A DNA stretch of 64,000 nucleotides from Candidatus Tayloriibacteriota bacterium (GCA_018883165.1 VEQN01000002.1:12134-76133); one strand, 5' to 3'; counted from the stretch's first letter, positions 40,108 to 50,200 are shown. Notes: generated from the letters alone by a model not told the origin. Translations and numbers: made by a program.

Positions 40108-40689
40108 TCATCCTGGACACTCATCGTAACCAGTGATGTCGTAGCCGAGCTTTTTCCACCGATCCTCCGTCCATGGCCTGCAGATATAACACAGGCACAG
40201 TGCACTGCCTGCAGTCCATAACCAGAGTGAGCTTGGCGTTACTTCGATCGCCCACACACCGATTCGGTAGATGATTGCACCGATGAATGCGGCGATACGC
40301 TTTGCGTGGTAACGTTCTGCCCTGGTCTTAAACTTCTCAAGCAGGCTGTAGTCATTGAATGTTGGTAGGAAGACTTTTGGAACGCCAATCATGATGAAGG
40401 CGAGGATAAAAGTCAGTGTGGCATTAATAAGCCACATCCAAAATCCAAAGCTGTGTACGAGACCGATGAGTGCGATACAAATGGCAAGGATGTCTGCAGG
40501 AGCGCAGAGTGCCCTTGTCAAAGTGTCTGGCACTAGGACTTTGTCTTTATCGATCGGTTTGTCGTGAACTGGTTGCACGTACTTGGGTGCGCGCAACAAC
40601 ATGATGATTTGCCTCGCCTCATCGGCGAGGATAGCAATGAACAGACTCGCAACACAAAGTGTTGCGGGGGAGATGGTGATTTCTTCCAT
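40108..40689 (-). CDS. GC-richer orphan multi-pass membrane protein between livG and livF
   Basis: About 5 hydrophobic segments; C/A-rich pre-start tract; own terminator. Confidence 0.65.
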   Translation of the reverse strand: MEEITISPATLCVASLFIAILADEARQIIMLLRAPKYVQPVHDKPIDKDKVLVPDTLTRALCAPADILAICIALIGLVHSFGFWMWLINATLTFILAFIMIGVPKVFLPTFNDYSLLEKFKTRAERYHAKRIAAFIGAIIYRIGVWAIEVTPSSLWLWTAGSALCLCYICRPWTEDRWKKLGYDITGYDECPG

Positions 40690-40806
40690 GGCTGTATGTG
40701 GTGGTGTTTCGTCCCTAGATGACAGGATGTCATCAGTTCTGCCAAAACAGTACTATATATCTCCATACCATGTCCAGTATGTGGTTTTTTGATATACTTC
40801 ACATAT

Positions 40807-41559
40807 ATGACAGTTGAAAACAAAGAGGTGCTCATAGAATTAAAGGATATCAACGTTACATATGGTGGCGTAAAAGCACTTGATTCCGTAAATGTGTCAT
40901 TTCGAGAAGGTGAGGTGGTTGCGCTCATGGGTCCTAACGGTGCTGGGAAATCAACCATCTTGAAATCACTCTTTGGTCTTGCACCTACAACCCATGGCGT
41001 GCACGGCGGAGTTTTCTGGAGAGGAAACAAACTAGATACAGATTTGCTTCTGCCACATCATATGGTTCCACTCGGGGTTACGCTGGTACCACAAGGAAAA
41101 AGAGTATTTGGAAAATTGACCGTGAAAGAAAACTTGGAAATTGGTGGTGTGTCACTTAAAGACAAGACCTTACTTAAAGAGAGAATTGAAGAAGTGTTAG
41201 ACTTGTTTCCGGTGCTTCGAACAAAGCTTCATCAGAAATCTCGAGAGCTTTCTGGTGGGCAACAACAGATGGTTGCAATTGCGAGAGGGTTGATCACCGA
41301 CCCTAGAATATTACTCCTTGATGAACCTTCACTTGGTCTTGCGCCTAAAGTGGTTCAGGAAGTTTTTCAGACCATCAAAGACATCAATCAAAAGAAAGGT
41401 ATGGCAATTGTAGTAGTAGAGCATAACCTTAAATCACTCCTTCCAATTGTTGATCGTGCATATGTGCTCGACAAAGGAAAAGTGGTTGCAGAAGGCAAGG
41501 GTCAAGATATTGTTGACAGTGGAATATTCAAAAAAGTATTTCTTGGTGCATTGGAATAA
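40807..41559 (+). CDS. livF: Branched-chain amino acid ABC ATPase
   Basis: Motifs GPNGAGKST, LSGGQQQM, LDEPSLGLAP. Confidence 0.92.
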   Translation: MTVENKEVLIELKDINVTYGGVKALDSVNVSFREGEVVALMGPNGAGKSTILKSLFGLAPTTHGVHGGVFWRGNKLDTDLLLPHHMVPLGVTLVPQGKRVFGKLTVKENLEIGGVSLKDKTLLKERIEEVLDLFPVLRTKLHQKSRELSGGQQQMVAIARGLITDPRILLLDEPSLGLAPKVVQEVFQTIKDINQKKGMAIVVVEHNLKSLLPIVDRAYVLDKGKVVAEGKGQDIVDSGIFKKVFLGALE

Positions 41560-41584
41560 ATATTCATGATAGAATTACAACATA

Positions 41585-42193
41585 ATGAATCCTAAAACAT
41601 TCATATTCATGGGACGGTCTGGTTGCGGAAAAGGAACGCAAGCTAAAATTTTAATTGATCACTTGAATCAAGCTGATCCTGAAAAGAATAAAGTGGTGTA
41701 CCTTGAAACAGGAGCACGTTTTCGAACATTCATCTCTCTTCCTGGGTACTCAAACAAGCTTGCAGCAGATATTCAAAATATTGGAGGGCGGCAGCCTGAT
41801 TTCTTAGCTGTATGGAACTGGGCACATGTACTCATCGAAGAGATGACGGGTAAAGAACACTTGGTTGTTGATGGTATGCCCCGGTCATACCAAGAAGCAC
41901 TTGTCTTTGATACAGCAATTCATTTTTACAAAAGAGAGAAGCCGGTTGTTGTATACATTGATGTAAGTAGAGATTGGTCAAAACAACACCTCTTAAGTAG
42001 AGCACAGAAGGAAGGTAGAGCTGATGATTCTAATTCGGAATATATAGAGCGAAGATTGAACTTTTTTGATCATGAAGTGATGCCAGCTATTGAATACTTT
42101 AAACACAATGCTGGATACAATTTCATACACATCAAAGGTGAACAGACCGTTGAAGAGGTGACACGAGATATGTTTAGTAAGTTGAATTGGTAA
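41585..42193 (+). CDS. adk: Adenylate kinase family protein
   Basis: Motifs GRSGCGKGTQA, DGMPR, GRADD. Confidence 0.8.
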   Translation: MNPKTFIFMGRSGCGKGTQAKILIDHLNQADPEKNKVVYLETGARFRTFISLPGYSNKLAADIQNIGGRQPDFLAVWNWAHVLIEEMTGKEHLVVDGMPRSYQEALVFDTAIHFYKREKPVVVYIDVSRDWSKQHLLSRAQKEGRADDSNSEYIERRLNFFDHEVMPAIEYFKHNAGYNFIHIKGEQTVEEVTRDMFSKLNW

Positions 42194-42985
42194 TTACTCT
42201 GTAGATACCGCCCAGGTATTTTTCCACAAGAGTTTCATGAGGTGTGCAAATTCTCGGCTTTGGACAATAAATGCAAACTGTTCACCTGTACTGCTTGCGA
42301 ACAAGCATTTGTCGTCATATACCCAAAAACTCATAGACCATTCCGTTTCTTTGGGTGCATAGCGAACATCTCTATCATTCTTCCACCCGTCACTTTGTAG
42401 TAACATATGCTTCTCTTCACTTTCTTTGTCTAGCTTTCTATCCGAATGTTTTCGAATGATGTACATGTGCACTTTATATCTGAGTCTTTGTTCACTGTGC
42501 CATTTACTGAACTCTGGTGTAAGAATGTCAATCATCTCATTAGTTGGCCACATAAGAAATGTTTCTTTGCATTTTTCATGCCACATTGTGTCACGAAAAG
42601 CTTGCCGTATACCTTCTTTTCCGGTGTAAAACTTTATTTTTGGTTTTGTCGGCCCTTCTTTGTGTCCAAGTGCCATTAATGATAGCAAGGCAGTCTCAGC
42701 ATTCTTGATTGATGATATTTTAGATGCTATGAGATCTTTAAGTTGTGAGTCACTCACTGGTCCATATTCTTTACTTCTATTCTCTGAATACTCAATTACC
42801 AATCGCTCATTCTGGAGTTCACCGAGGGCGTCATATATTGATGCCTTTGGTATATGGGGAGCATCGGATATCTTCGAAACAGGGGACACACCTGCTTCAA
42901 GTAGGTATATGAAAACCCTCTCGGCGGTACCTTTAATGCCAAGAGCATGTATGGATTCTTTTGCTTTTTCACTTTCTGTAGCCAT
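42194..42985 (-). CDS. TrmB-family HTH transcriptional regulator
   Basis: wHTH IPKASIYDAL, KPKIKFYTGKEGI, FWVYDDK. Confidence 0.8.
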   Translation of the reverse strand: MATESEKAKESIHALGIKGTAERVFIYLLEAGVSPVSKISDAPHIPKASIYDALGELQNERLVIEYSENRSKEYGPVSDSQLKDLIASKISSIKNAETALLSLMALGHKEGPTKPKIKFYTGKEGIRQAFRDTMWHEKCKETFLMWPTNEMIDILTPEFSKWHSEQRLRYKVHMYIIRKHSDRKLDKESEEKHMLLQSDGWKNDRDVRYAPKETEWSMSFWVYDDKCLFASSTGEQFAFIVQSREFAHLMKLLWKNTWAVSTE

Positions 42986-43043
42986 ATATATAGTTATTCG
43001 GAATTCGACGAATGATATACATATATTAACACATTAATATAAT

Positions 43044-44189
43044 ATGTCTACTATGAAAAACATATATACATATATCGGTATTCTGATTGTGATTGTTGCC
43101 GCTTTCTTGATAAAAGGTCCGGTACATAACAGAGAAGAAACAAACGTGCCCATACGGATCGGTGCATCACTTTCACTAACGGGTGTCGCAGCAGATTTTG
43201 GAGGTATGGCTAAAAAGGCAGCAGATTTAGCTGTGAAGGAAATAAATGCAGAAGGCGGCATTAATGGAAGAAAAATTGAGTTGTATGTAGAAGATGACCA
43301 GACTGATCCAAAGACAGCGGTTTCTGCGTATAGAAAATTGGTAGATGTACACAATGTCGATGCCGTTATCGGAGGTATTTTTGATTTCACAGCTCAACCT
43401 GTACTTCCACTGGCGTTGAAGGATAAAGTGACATACGTTTCCCCGGTAAACTTCGTCATTGATGGTACGTTTGAGATGAATCCGTATACTTTTGTTATGT
43501 ACCCAGAATTTCCCCAAGTGATCCGAGAATTAGATACCGTAATTAAAGATAAAAAGATAAAACAGTTGGGCATGATTCGATATGATTCAGGATTCAGTGC
43601 ATCCATTGAAAAAACTCTTAAATCAATTATGTCATCCATAGGTGGTGATATGGTAACAGAAACATACAAAGCAATAGGTTCAAGTGATTTCAGAACTAAT
43701 GTTCTCAAAATAACAGATGCGTCACTAGGTGACAAAAAAGTCGATGCTGTTTTTCTAGATATGCTTGACTTTGATATCGTTAAGTATCTCGCAGATACAA
43801 AGAACCTTGGGTTTAACAAGCAACTTGTGGGATACACTACAATGAGAGATGTACTTTCAAACCCTAAGGTGGATAAAAGTCAGATTGAGGGGGCAATAAT
43901 GATTGACTGGGAAATACCTTCGGATGAATTTATAAAAAGATTCGTACATGCATATGGTGAAAAACCTAGACGTGGTGCAAACAAGACGTATGATGCGATA
44001 TATATGCTTGCTGAGGCAATTGCACATACGGAAGATAGACAATCTGTACCGGAGTACATAAAGAGTAATTCATTCAATACTATTGGTGGTCAGTTCAAGT
44101 TCAATGAAAAGCATTCTGTGCTCACAACACCTGTTAAGATATTTGAAATAAGAAATGGTGTATTGGTTGAATTGAAATCAAACCAGTAG
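43044..44189 (+). CDS. LivJ/LivK-family ABC substrate-binding protein
   Basis: Motifs IRIGASLSLTG, GGINGRKIEL, EDDQTDP, YDAIY. Confidence 0.9.
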   Translation: MSTMKNIYTYIGILIVIVAAFLIKGPVHNREETNVPIRIGASLSLTGVAADFGGMAKKAADLAVKEINAEGGINGRKIELYVEDDQTDPKTAVSAYRKLVDVHNVDAVIGGIFDFTAQPVLPLALKDKVTYVSPVNFVIDGTFEMNPYTFVMYPEFPQVIRELDTVIKDKKIKQLGMIRYDSGFSASIEKTLKSIMSSIGGDMVTETYKAIGSSDFRTNVLKITDASLGDKKVDAVFLDMLDFDIVKYLADTKNLGFNKQLVGYTTMRDVLSNPKVDKSQIEGAIMIDWEIPSDEFIKRFVHAYGEKPRRGANKTYDAIYMLAEAIAHTEDRQSVPEYIKSNSFNTIGGQFKFNEKHSVLTTPVKIFEIRNGVLVELKSNQ

Positions 44190-44238
44190 TTTCTTAGCCC
44201 CTTTATACTATCCATATATTGGTGTAGAGTAGGGTGTA

Positions 44239-45051
44239 ATGATTCAGTTAAAGTCTAAGAAGGATATAGAAATATTGAGAGAAGCTGGCAAGAAACTGGC
44301 GTATATACTAGCTAGTCTAGAGAAGGCGACAGTTCCGGGTGTAAGTTCGTTTGAACTTGAAGACCTTGCCCGAAAGCTCACTAAAGAAGCAGGTGCTACT
44401 CCTGCTTTTTTGGGATATACCCCAGAGGGTGCTAAACGAGCGTTTCCCGCTGCACTGTGTCTCTCGGTTAACAACGCAGTAGTGCATGGTATTCCAAACG
44501 AAAAAGAATATATAATTAAGAAAGGAGACTTGGTGGTGTTGGATATGGGAATTGTATACAAGAAGATGATTGTCGATAGTGCAATTACGGTTTCAGCTGG
44601 TGGTCTTGAAGCAACGGATGAGAAGGGAAGGAAACTACTTCAGGCTGGTAAAGAATGTTTGGATGCTGCAATTGAGGCGTGTCGACATTGGAAAAAAGAT
44701 TTTCCAAAAGGTATCAAGACGGGTGACATTGGCCAGGCCATCGAAAATGCTTTTATGTTCTATCACAAGAAATATGGATTTAATATGGCAGAACATCTCG
44801 GAGGTCATGGTGTTGGATTCAAAGTACACGAGGATCCATTCGTTCCAAATCTCGGAGTTCCTGGACAAGGCCCAGCACTTCAGCCTGGTACTGTAATTGC
44901 CATCGAACCTATTCTTAATGAAGGTAAGGCGCAAATACGACTTGAAAGTGATGGATATACCATCACAACAATTGACGGAAAGAGAAGTGTTCACTTTGAA
45001 CATACAATTGCAATCACAGAAGATGGTGTTGAGGTGTTGACGGAGATGTAG
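44239..45051 (+). CDS. map: Methionine aminopeptidase
   Basis: Motifs VVHGIP, GHGVG, HEDP, AIEP, HFEHT. Confidence 0.96.
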   Translation: MIQLKSKKDIEILREAGKKLAYILASLEKATVPGVSSFELEDLARKLTKEAGATPAFLGYTPEGAKRAFPAALCLSVNNAVVHGIPNEKEYIIKKGDLVVLDMGIVYKKMIVDSAITVSAGGLEATDEKGRKLLQAGKECLDAAIEACRHWKKDFPKGIKTGDIGQAIENAFMFYHKKYGFNMAEHLGGHGVGFKVHEDPFVPNLGVPGQGPALQPGTVIAIEPILNEGKAQIRLESDGYTITTIDGKRSVHFEHTIAITEDGVEVLTEM

Positions 45052-45108
45052 TTCACATGTAACCAGTTGTCATTTGTGTTGTCGTGGTACAATTATATAT
45101 ACATACAT

Positions 45109-45888
45109 ATGAAAATTTCATTTGAAAAAGGATATTTTACATCATTAGCAGTTGCTACTCTTCTGTTTTGTGGAGTAGGTGCCGCACTTGCGTGGACACC
45201 CGCACCGTCCACACCTCCAAAAGATAACGTTGAACCACCGATAACGGTTGCTTCTACAGCTCAATATAAGAAAGGGGTATTGGGATTGAATGGATTAGCT
45301 GTCTTTGGAAAAGTACAAATTGTTGATGGTACCCAAGGAGCGGGTAAGGTACTGATGTCAGATGCTCAAGGTAGAGCTAGTTGGCAACCTCTGCCACAGG
45401 TAAATTCGGTGACAAATATCACTAATAACCTGTGTCAAACACCAATCTTTGCTAGTTTGACACATATAACACCAAACAATACCGCAAATATTAAAAAGGT
45501 TGCCACTCTACAACCGGGAACATATAAAGTGGAAGGGTCTGGTAGTTCATATAATACAGGTGGTGGAGGTGTTAATTCTGTCGTGCTCTCAGAAGAAAAT
45601 ATTGCAGATGCGTATGTGTCTGCATACCCAGCTTCAATTACCAGTGCATGGGTGGGTTATATAGAAAACAATTGTACAAGTTGTGCAATTAAAAACAAAA
45701 TAATGTATGGTCCTGGTGGTGCAAATAGATTGATCTACATATACAACAGAAATGGATACAATGATGGCACTTGGTCTATACCTAAAGATATGACAATTAC
45801 GGTTGCTAAGAAAATGCATGTATATTTGGCATTGTCACAAGCAGGAGCCACTGGTAATTTGGAGTTTACCCAGACTAATTGTAAATAA
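45109..45888 (+). CDS. Secreted/surface protein
   Basis: Signal peptide then WTPAPSTPP; GAGKVLMSDAQGRASWQ resembles fibre-protein linker repeats. Confidence 0.55.
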   Translation: MKISFEKGYFTSLAVATLLFCGVGAALAWTPAPSTPPKDNVEPPITVASTAQYKKGVLGLNGLAVFGKVQIVDGTQGAGKVLMSDAQGRASWQPLPQVNSVTNITNNLCQTPIFASLTHITPNNTANIKKVATLQPGTYKVEGSGSSYNTGGGGVNSVVLSEENIADAYVSAYPASITSAWVGYIENNCTSCAIKNKIMYGPGGANRLIYIYNRNGYNDGTWSIPKDMTITVAKKMHVYLALSQAGATGNLEFTQTNCK

Positions 45889-45940
45889 ATCATATTCTAG
45901 GTTCGTCACATATATACACTTTTGATATACTATATACAGT

Positions 45941-48859
45941 ATGAGTGTAGAATCTTCGCATGGATCACCAGTTGAACAAAAAAAGTTTTCTTCAGTAGAA
46001 GAAGAGCTTGATTATCTACGAAAACTTGTTGCAGAAAGAGAGACTCACCTCACTTCACATCCTGAATCACGTGAAAGAGAATATGAAAGACAGGAAATAA
46101 TATCAAGTGAGCTAAAGAGCTACAGTAAAGAGAATGCTGATAGGGTTTTGCATGAACATTACCAGACAAAGCCAGCTGAGCAGTGGGAGATAATTCTGGA
46201 GCTGTCACCTGAATCACATGATAGGAAGATGGAAGAGCTTCTGCAACTCATTCAAGAGAAAGGACTTCTTAATGCCATTCAGATAGCACGTGGGTTTAAT
46301 AATCCACACATCGATAGTGATTTCCACAGATTCTTGGTTGAGTTTTTCAAGAAAGGATATCCAATACAGGGTGCCAAAGAAGATTCTCCAGTCGTAAAAG
46401 CATTGAAGAGGACCTTGTATGAAGTTGCACTCCCTGAGGCTAAAAAAGAAGGAGAGAGAAAAACCCTAAAAGAACTCATATCTTCAATGGAACAGTTCTA
46501 TGCAGGTATGATGTCAGTAAGTGGTATCGCATATGATGAGTCGGGTGCCAATCAACTTTCAATTGAACTTGCAGTTGCAGATGGAAGTGATGAGTTTGTG
46601 TTCTATGTGTCTGTTCCAGATCAAAAGAAGGAACTATTCGAAAAACAATTCCTATCAATCTTTCCGAATGCAAAGCTCGCTGAAAAGAAAGACGATTACA
46701 ACATATTCAATATTGATGGATTTTCTGTGGGTTCAATAGCGACACAGGCACGACGAGAAATATTTCCAATTAAGACGTACGACCAATTTGACTATGATCC
46801 ACTAAACGTCGTCTTGAACGCACTTACAAAGCTTTCAAAGGAAGGGGAGGGTGCAGCTATTCAAATCGTCTTCAATCCAGTCGGTGAGTACTATACCAAA
46901 CTATACAGAGAAGCACTTGGTGAAATACAGAAAGGTGAGTCTGTGGGTAAGGCAACGGATATCAAACATTCACTTTGGGGTAATTTCACAAAATCATTTA
47001 AGGAGGTAGGTAAAGAAGTGTTGAAAGAAATTTCTAAGGGAGACAAAAAGAGTGATGAGAAACCAAAGGTGGTTGATAACATAGCGGTTGAGCAGATTAC
47101 TGCAAAAATTTCTACACCAGTAATTGAGGCAAGTATTCGACTTGTTGCATCGGCAGCTAATCGAACTCGAGCAGAAGAGATACTGGAAAGTATCGAATCT
47201 TCCTTTAATCAATTCGAGAATTCCCTTGGAAACGCACTTACTTTTGAAAGAAAAGATGGTGGTGCTTTGGCTACACTTTTGTATGACTATACATATAGAA
47301 TGTTCAGTAAGGCAGAATCAATGCCGTTATCTTTACGTGAGTTAACAACGGTAATGCATTTCCCAACCGATGCAGTTGTTGGTGCGCATCAACTCAAGCA
47401 ATCTAAAGCTGGAACTGCACCAGCACCTCTCGGGCTTTTGGGTACAGAAAAGAATGGTCTCTACCTTGGTACAAACAAACACAGAAATGCTGAGACAAAA
47501 ATCTATGTAACACCGGAAGATAGGCTCCGACATTTCTATGTTATCGGTCAGACAGGTACTGGTAAGTCTACGATGCTTCGAAATATGATCATACAAGACA
47601 TTCAAAGAGGTGACGGTGTGTGTTTTGTTGATCCGCACGGATCAGATGTTATGGATATTCTTTCACACATCCCTAAAGAGCGATATGAGGATGTTATATA
47701 TTTTGATCCAAGTCACACCGAAAGACCAATGGCGCTTAACATGCTTGAATACAATCGGTCTAACCCAGAACAAAAGACGTTCGTGGTAAATGAACTCTTT
47801 AGTATCTTCCAGAAACTATACGGTGGAGTACCTGAATCTATGGGTCCAATGTTTGAGCAGTATTTTAGAAATGCGACCATGCTTGTTATTGGAGACCCTG
47901 ATAGTGGATGTACGCTTCTCGATGTGTCTCGAGTGATGGCAGTGAAGAGTTTCAGAGACATGAAGATTTCTCGATGTAAAAACCCAATCGTGGTACAGTT
48001 TTGGAAGGATATCGCAGAAAAAGCAGGTGGTGAAGGTTCACTCCAGAACATGGTTCCATATATCACAAGTAAGTTTGATGTGTTCTTGGCAAACGATATC
48101 ATGAGACCAATCATCGCTCAGGAGAAATCAAGCTTTAATTTCAGAGAAATTATGGACACAAAAAAGATTCTCCTTGTGAATCTTGCAAAGGGTAGACTCG
48201 GAGATATCAACTCTCAACTCATTGGATTGATATTGATAGGTAAGATATTGATGGCGGCACTTTCACGAGTAGACTCATTCGGTAAAGATATGCCCCCTTT
48301 CTATCTGTATATTGATGAGTTCCAAAATGTTACAACACCATCGATTGCAACAATCCTCTCTGAGGCAAGAAAATACAAACTTTCACTTACTGTAGCACAC
48401 CAATTTATTGCTCAGCTTGATGACAAGATTAAAGATGCGGTGTTTGGAAACGTGGGCAACATGGCGGTATTTCGAGTGGGAGCAGAAGATGCTGAGTTTT
48501 TGGAGAAACAATTTGAACCAGTGTTCACTGCAAAAGATATTATGAATATCGATAATATGAATTCATATATCAAAATGCTTTCAGGTGGAAAGCCAACACG
48601 ACCATTTAATATCGAATTCACATGGCCACCAAAAGGGAAAGAGAAGGTTGCTGAGAATCTTAAAGAGCTATCATATCTAAAGTATGGGCAGAACAGGGAT
48701 TTGGTTGAGAGTTTGATTATGGAAAAGTACAAGAAAGAACCTGTTCCAACACCTGCACCTGTATCAAGTTTTGCACAAAGTTTTAAGGCAGCGGGTATTA
48801 CTCCAGGTAAGACAATTGGAGGTGGTTACTCAGATCAAACTAAGACCACAACAGGGTAA
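45941..48859 (+). CDS. VirB4/VirD4(TraG)/HerA-like P-loop ATPase
   Basis: Motifs HFYVIGQTGTGKS, DPHG, LYIDEFQN, SEARKY, AHQ. Confidence 0.88.
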   Translation: MSVESSHGSPVEQKKFSSVEEELDYLRKLVAERETHLTSHPESREREYERQEIISSELKSYSKENADRVLHEHYQTKPAEQWEIILELSPESHDRKMEELLQLIQEKGLLNAIQIARGFNNPHIDSDFHRFLVEFFKKGYPIQGAKEDSPVVKALKRTLYEVALPEAKKEGERKTLKELISSMEQFYAGMMSVSGIAYDESGANQLSIELAVADGSDEFVFYVSVPDQKKELFEKQFLSIFPNAKLAEKKDDYNIFNIDGFSVGSIATQARREIFPIKTYDQFDYDPLNVVLNALTKLSKEGEGAAIQIVFNPVGEYYTKLYREALGEIQKGESVGKATDIKHSLWGNFTKSFKEVGKEVLKEISKGDKKSDEKPKVVDNIAVEQITAKISTPVIEASIRLVASAANRTRAEEILESIESSFNQFENSLGNALTFERKDGGALATLLYDYTYRMFSKAESMPLSLRELTTVMHFPTDAVVGAHQLKQSKAGTAPAPLGLLGTEKNGLYLGTNKHRNAETKIYVTPEDRLRHFYVIGQTGTGKSTMLRNMIIQDIQRGDGVCFVDPHGSDVMDILSHIPKERYEDVIYFDPSHTERPMALNMLEYNRSNPEQKTFVVNELFSIFQKLYGGVPESMGPMFEQYFRNATMLVIGDPDSGCTLLDVSRVMAVKSFRDMKISRCKNPIVVQFWKDIAEKAGGEGSLQNMVPYITSKFDVFLANDIMRPIIAQEKSSFNFREIMDTKKILLVNLAKGRLGDINSQLIGLILIGKILMAALSRVDSFGKDMPPFYLYIDEFQNVTTPSIATILSEARKYKLSLTVAHQFIAQLDDKIKDAVFGNVGNMAVFRVGAEDAEFLEKQFEPVFTAKDIMNIDNMNSYIKMLSGGKPTRPFNIEFTWPPKGKEKVAENLKELSYLKYGQNRDLVESLIMEKYKKEPVPTPAPVSSFAQSFKAAGITPGKTIGGGYSDQTKTTTG

Positions 48860-48905
48860 AGTTGTGTAGAAGGTATATATTCGGTGTGTGATATCATACA
48901 TGCAT

Positions 48906-49520
48906 ATGACAGAAAAACACCATAAACTTGAACGTACTTTTGTGATTATTAAACCAGATGGTATTCAAAGAAGTTTGATAGGGGAGATTATCGGTAGATA
49001 TGAAAGAATTGGACTAAAGCTGGTTGCTATGAAAATGCTAGTACCCACTGCTGATATGGTGTCAAAACACTACACTCTTGATCCGGGATGGTTTGAAGCC
49101 GTTGGACAAAAGAGTATCAAGGGTTTTTTGGACAAAGGACTTACACCTCCGACTAATGACCCGCAAAAACTAGCAGAAGATATATTGAACAGATTGGTGA
49201 AGTACCTTACAAGTGGCCCTGTTATTGCTATGGTGTGGCAAGGAGCACATGCGGTAAAGATTGTACGAAAAATCACTGGTGGAACTGAACCACTGACATC
49301 AGATGTGGGTACTATTCGAGGAGATTTTGTTCTTGACTCATATCAGATGTCAGAATTCGACAATCGGTCAATTAGAAATCTTGTACACGCGTCCGGATCA
49401 GTAAAAGAAGCGGAAGACGAGATACTTCATTGGTTCACACCCGAAGAGATTGTGGATTACAAGATGATTTCAGAGGAGGTCTTGTACGCGCCTGATATGA
49501 AGGGTATTTTGGGACAGTAA
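48906..49520 (+). CDS. ndk: Nucleoside diphosphate kinase
   Basis: Motifs ERTFVIIKPDG, GTIRGDF, NLVHAS. Confidence 0.95.
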   Translation: MTEKHHKLERTFVIIKPDGIQRSLIGEIIGRYERIGLKLVAMKMLVPTADMVSKHYTLDPGWFEAVGQKSIKGFLDKGLTPPTNDPQKLAEDILNRLVKYLTSGPVIAMVWQGAHAVKIVRKITGGTEPLTSDVGTIRGDFVLDSYQMSEFDNRSIRNLVHASGSVKEAEDEILHWFTPEEIVDYKMISEEVLYAPDMKGILGQ

Positions 49521-49588
49521 AAAAATTACAGAATGTTTCATTAAAATGTACAGATTCCATTCTCTGAGTAGGGGAATATACTAATTAC

Positions 49589-49740
49589 AGGTGTCGTATT
49601 TATCATCTTAGACACCAATCATCAGGGATCTTGCGTAAGGATTGACCTTGGTCAACTCTTCAGAGAACCCACCTAGTTAATAACTAGGAATGATACTTAC
49701 GATACCTACCAAAATACCGCGCAATGCGCGGTTTTTTGGT
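49589..49740 (+). ncRNA. Structured ncRNA, 6S (SsrS)-like, with terminator
   Basis: TATACT at 49577-49582; closing stem AGGTGTCGTA/TACGATACCT; central bubble; terminator CCGCGC-AAT-GCGCGG-TTTTTT; no ORF. Confidence 0.6.
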
Positions 49741-49808
49741 GCTTTTTACAATACTCCAAATGATTGTCACGTATTCCACAACTTAAGAATCGGTTATACT
49801 ATATCCAT

Positions 49809-50183
49809 ATGTCACTTCGTTCAAGATTTTACTTTGCCTTAGCCTCGTCAGTTATTGTGATTGGCTTACATATGATTGCGCATACGTTCTATCTGTATTG
49901 GATATACAAGCAGATTGATATTCCGATGCATATGCTTGGGGGGTTAATGTCTGGATTGTATGTGTTGGTTGCTCTTCGGTACTTCAAGCTTCAGGAATCT
50001 GTGAGAAATGTTCTTCTCGGTGTACTCTTTGTGGGTGTAGCGTGGGAAGTTCTTGAAATATGGTACAAGGTCGCTGAGATACATATGGGGTACTGGCTAA
50101 ATACTGGAAAAGATATTGTGAGTGATCTTGTTGGTGGATATCTTTCACTTAAGTTATGGAAGAGACTACCTGAAATGAAATAA
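49809..50183 (+). CDS. Small membrane protein
   Basis: About 4 TM segments; DIPMHMLGG, WEVLE. Confidence 0.7.
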   Translation: MSLRSRFYFALASSVIVIGLHMIAHTFYLYWIYKQIDIPMHMLGGLMSGLYVLVALRYFKLQESVRNVLLGVLFVGVAWEVLEIWYKVAEIHMGYWLNTGKDIVSDLVGGYLSLKLWKRLPEMK

Positions 50184-50200
50184 ACAGGTACAATATATAT

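Noticed and set aside
40700-40756. Hammerhead-like core on the minus strand (CUGAUGA...GAAAC)
   Set aside because: Stem II lacks the closing G-C pair, two extra nt separate the putative stem I from the core, stem III does not extend, and GAUGACA/UGUCAUC forms a competing hairpin.
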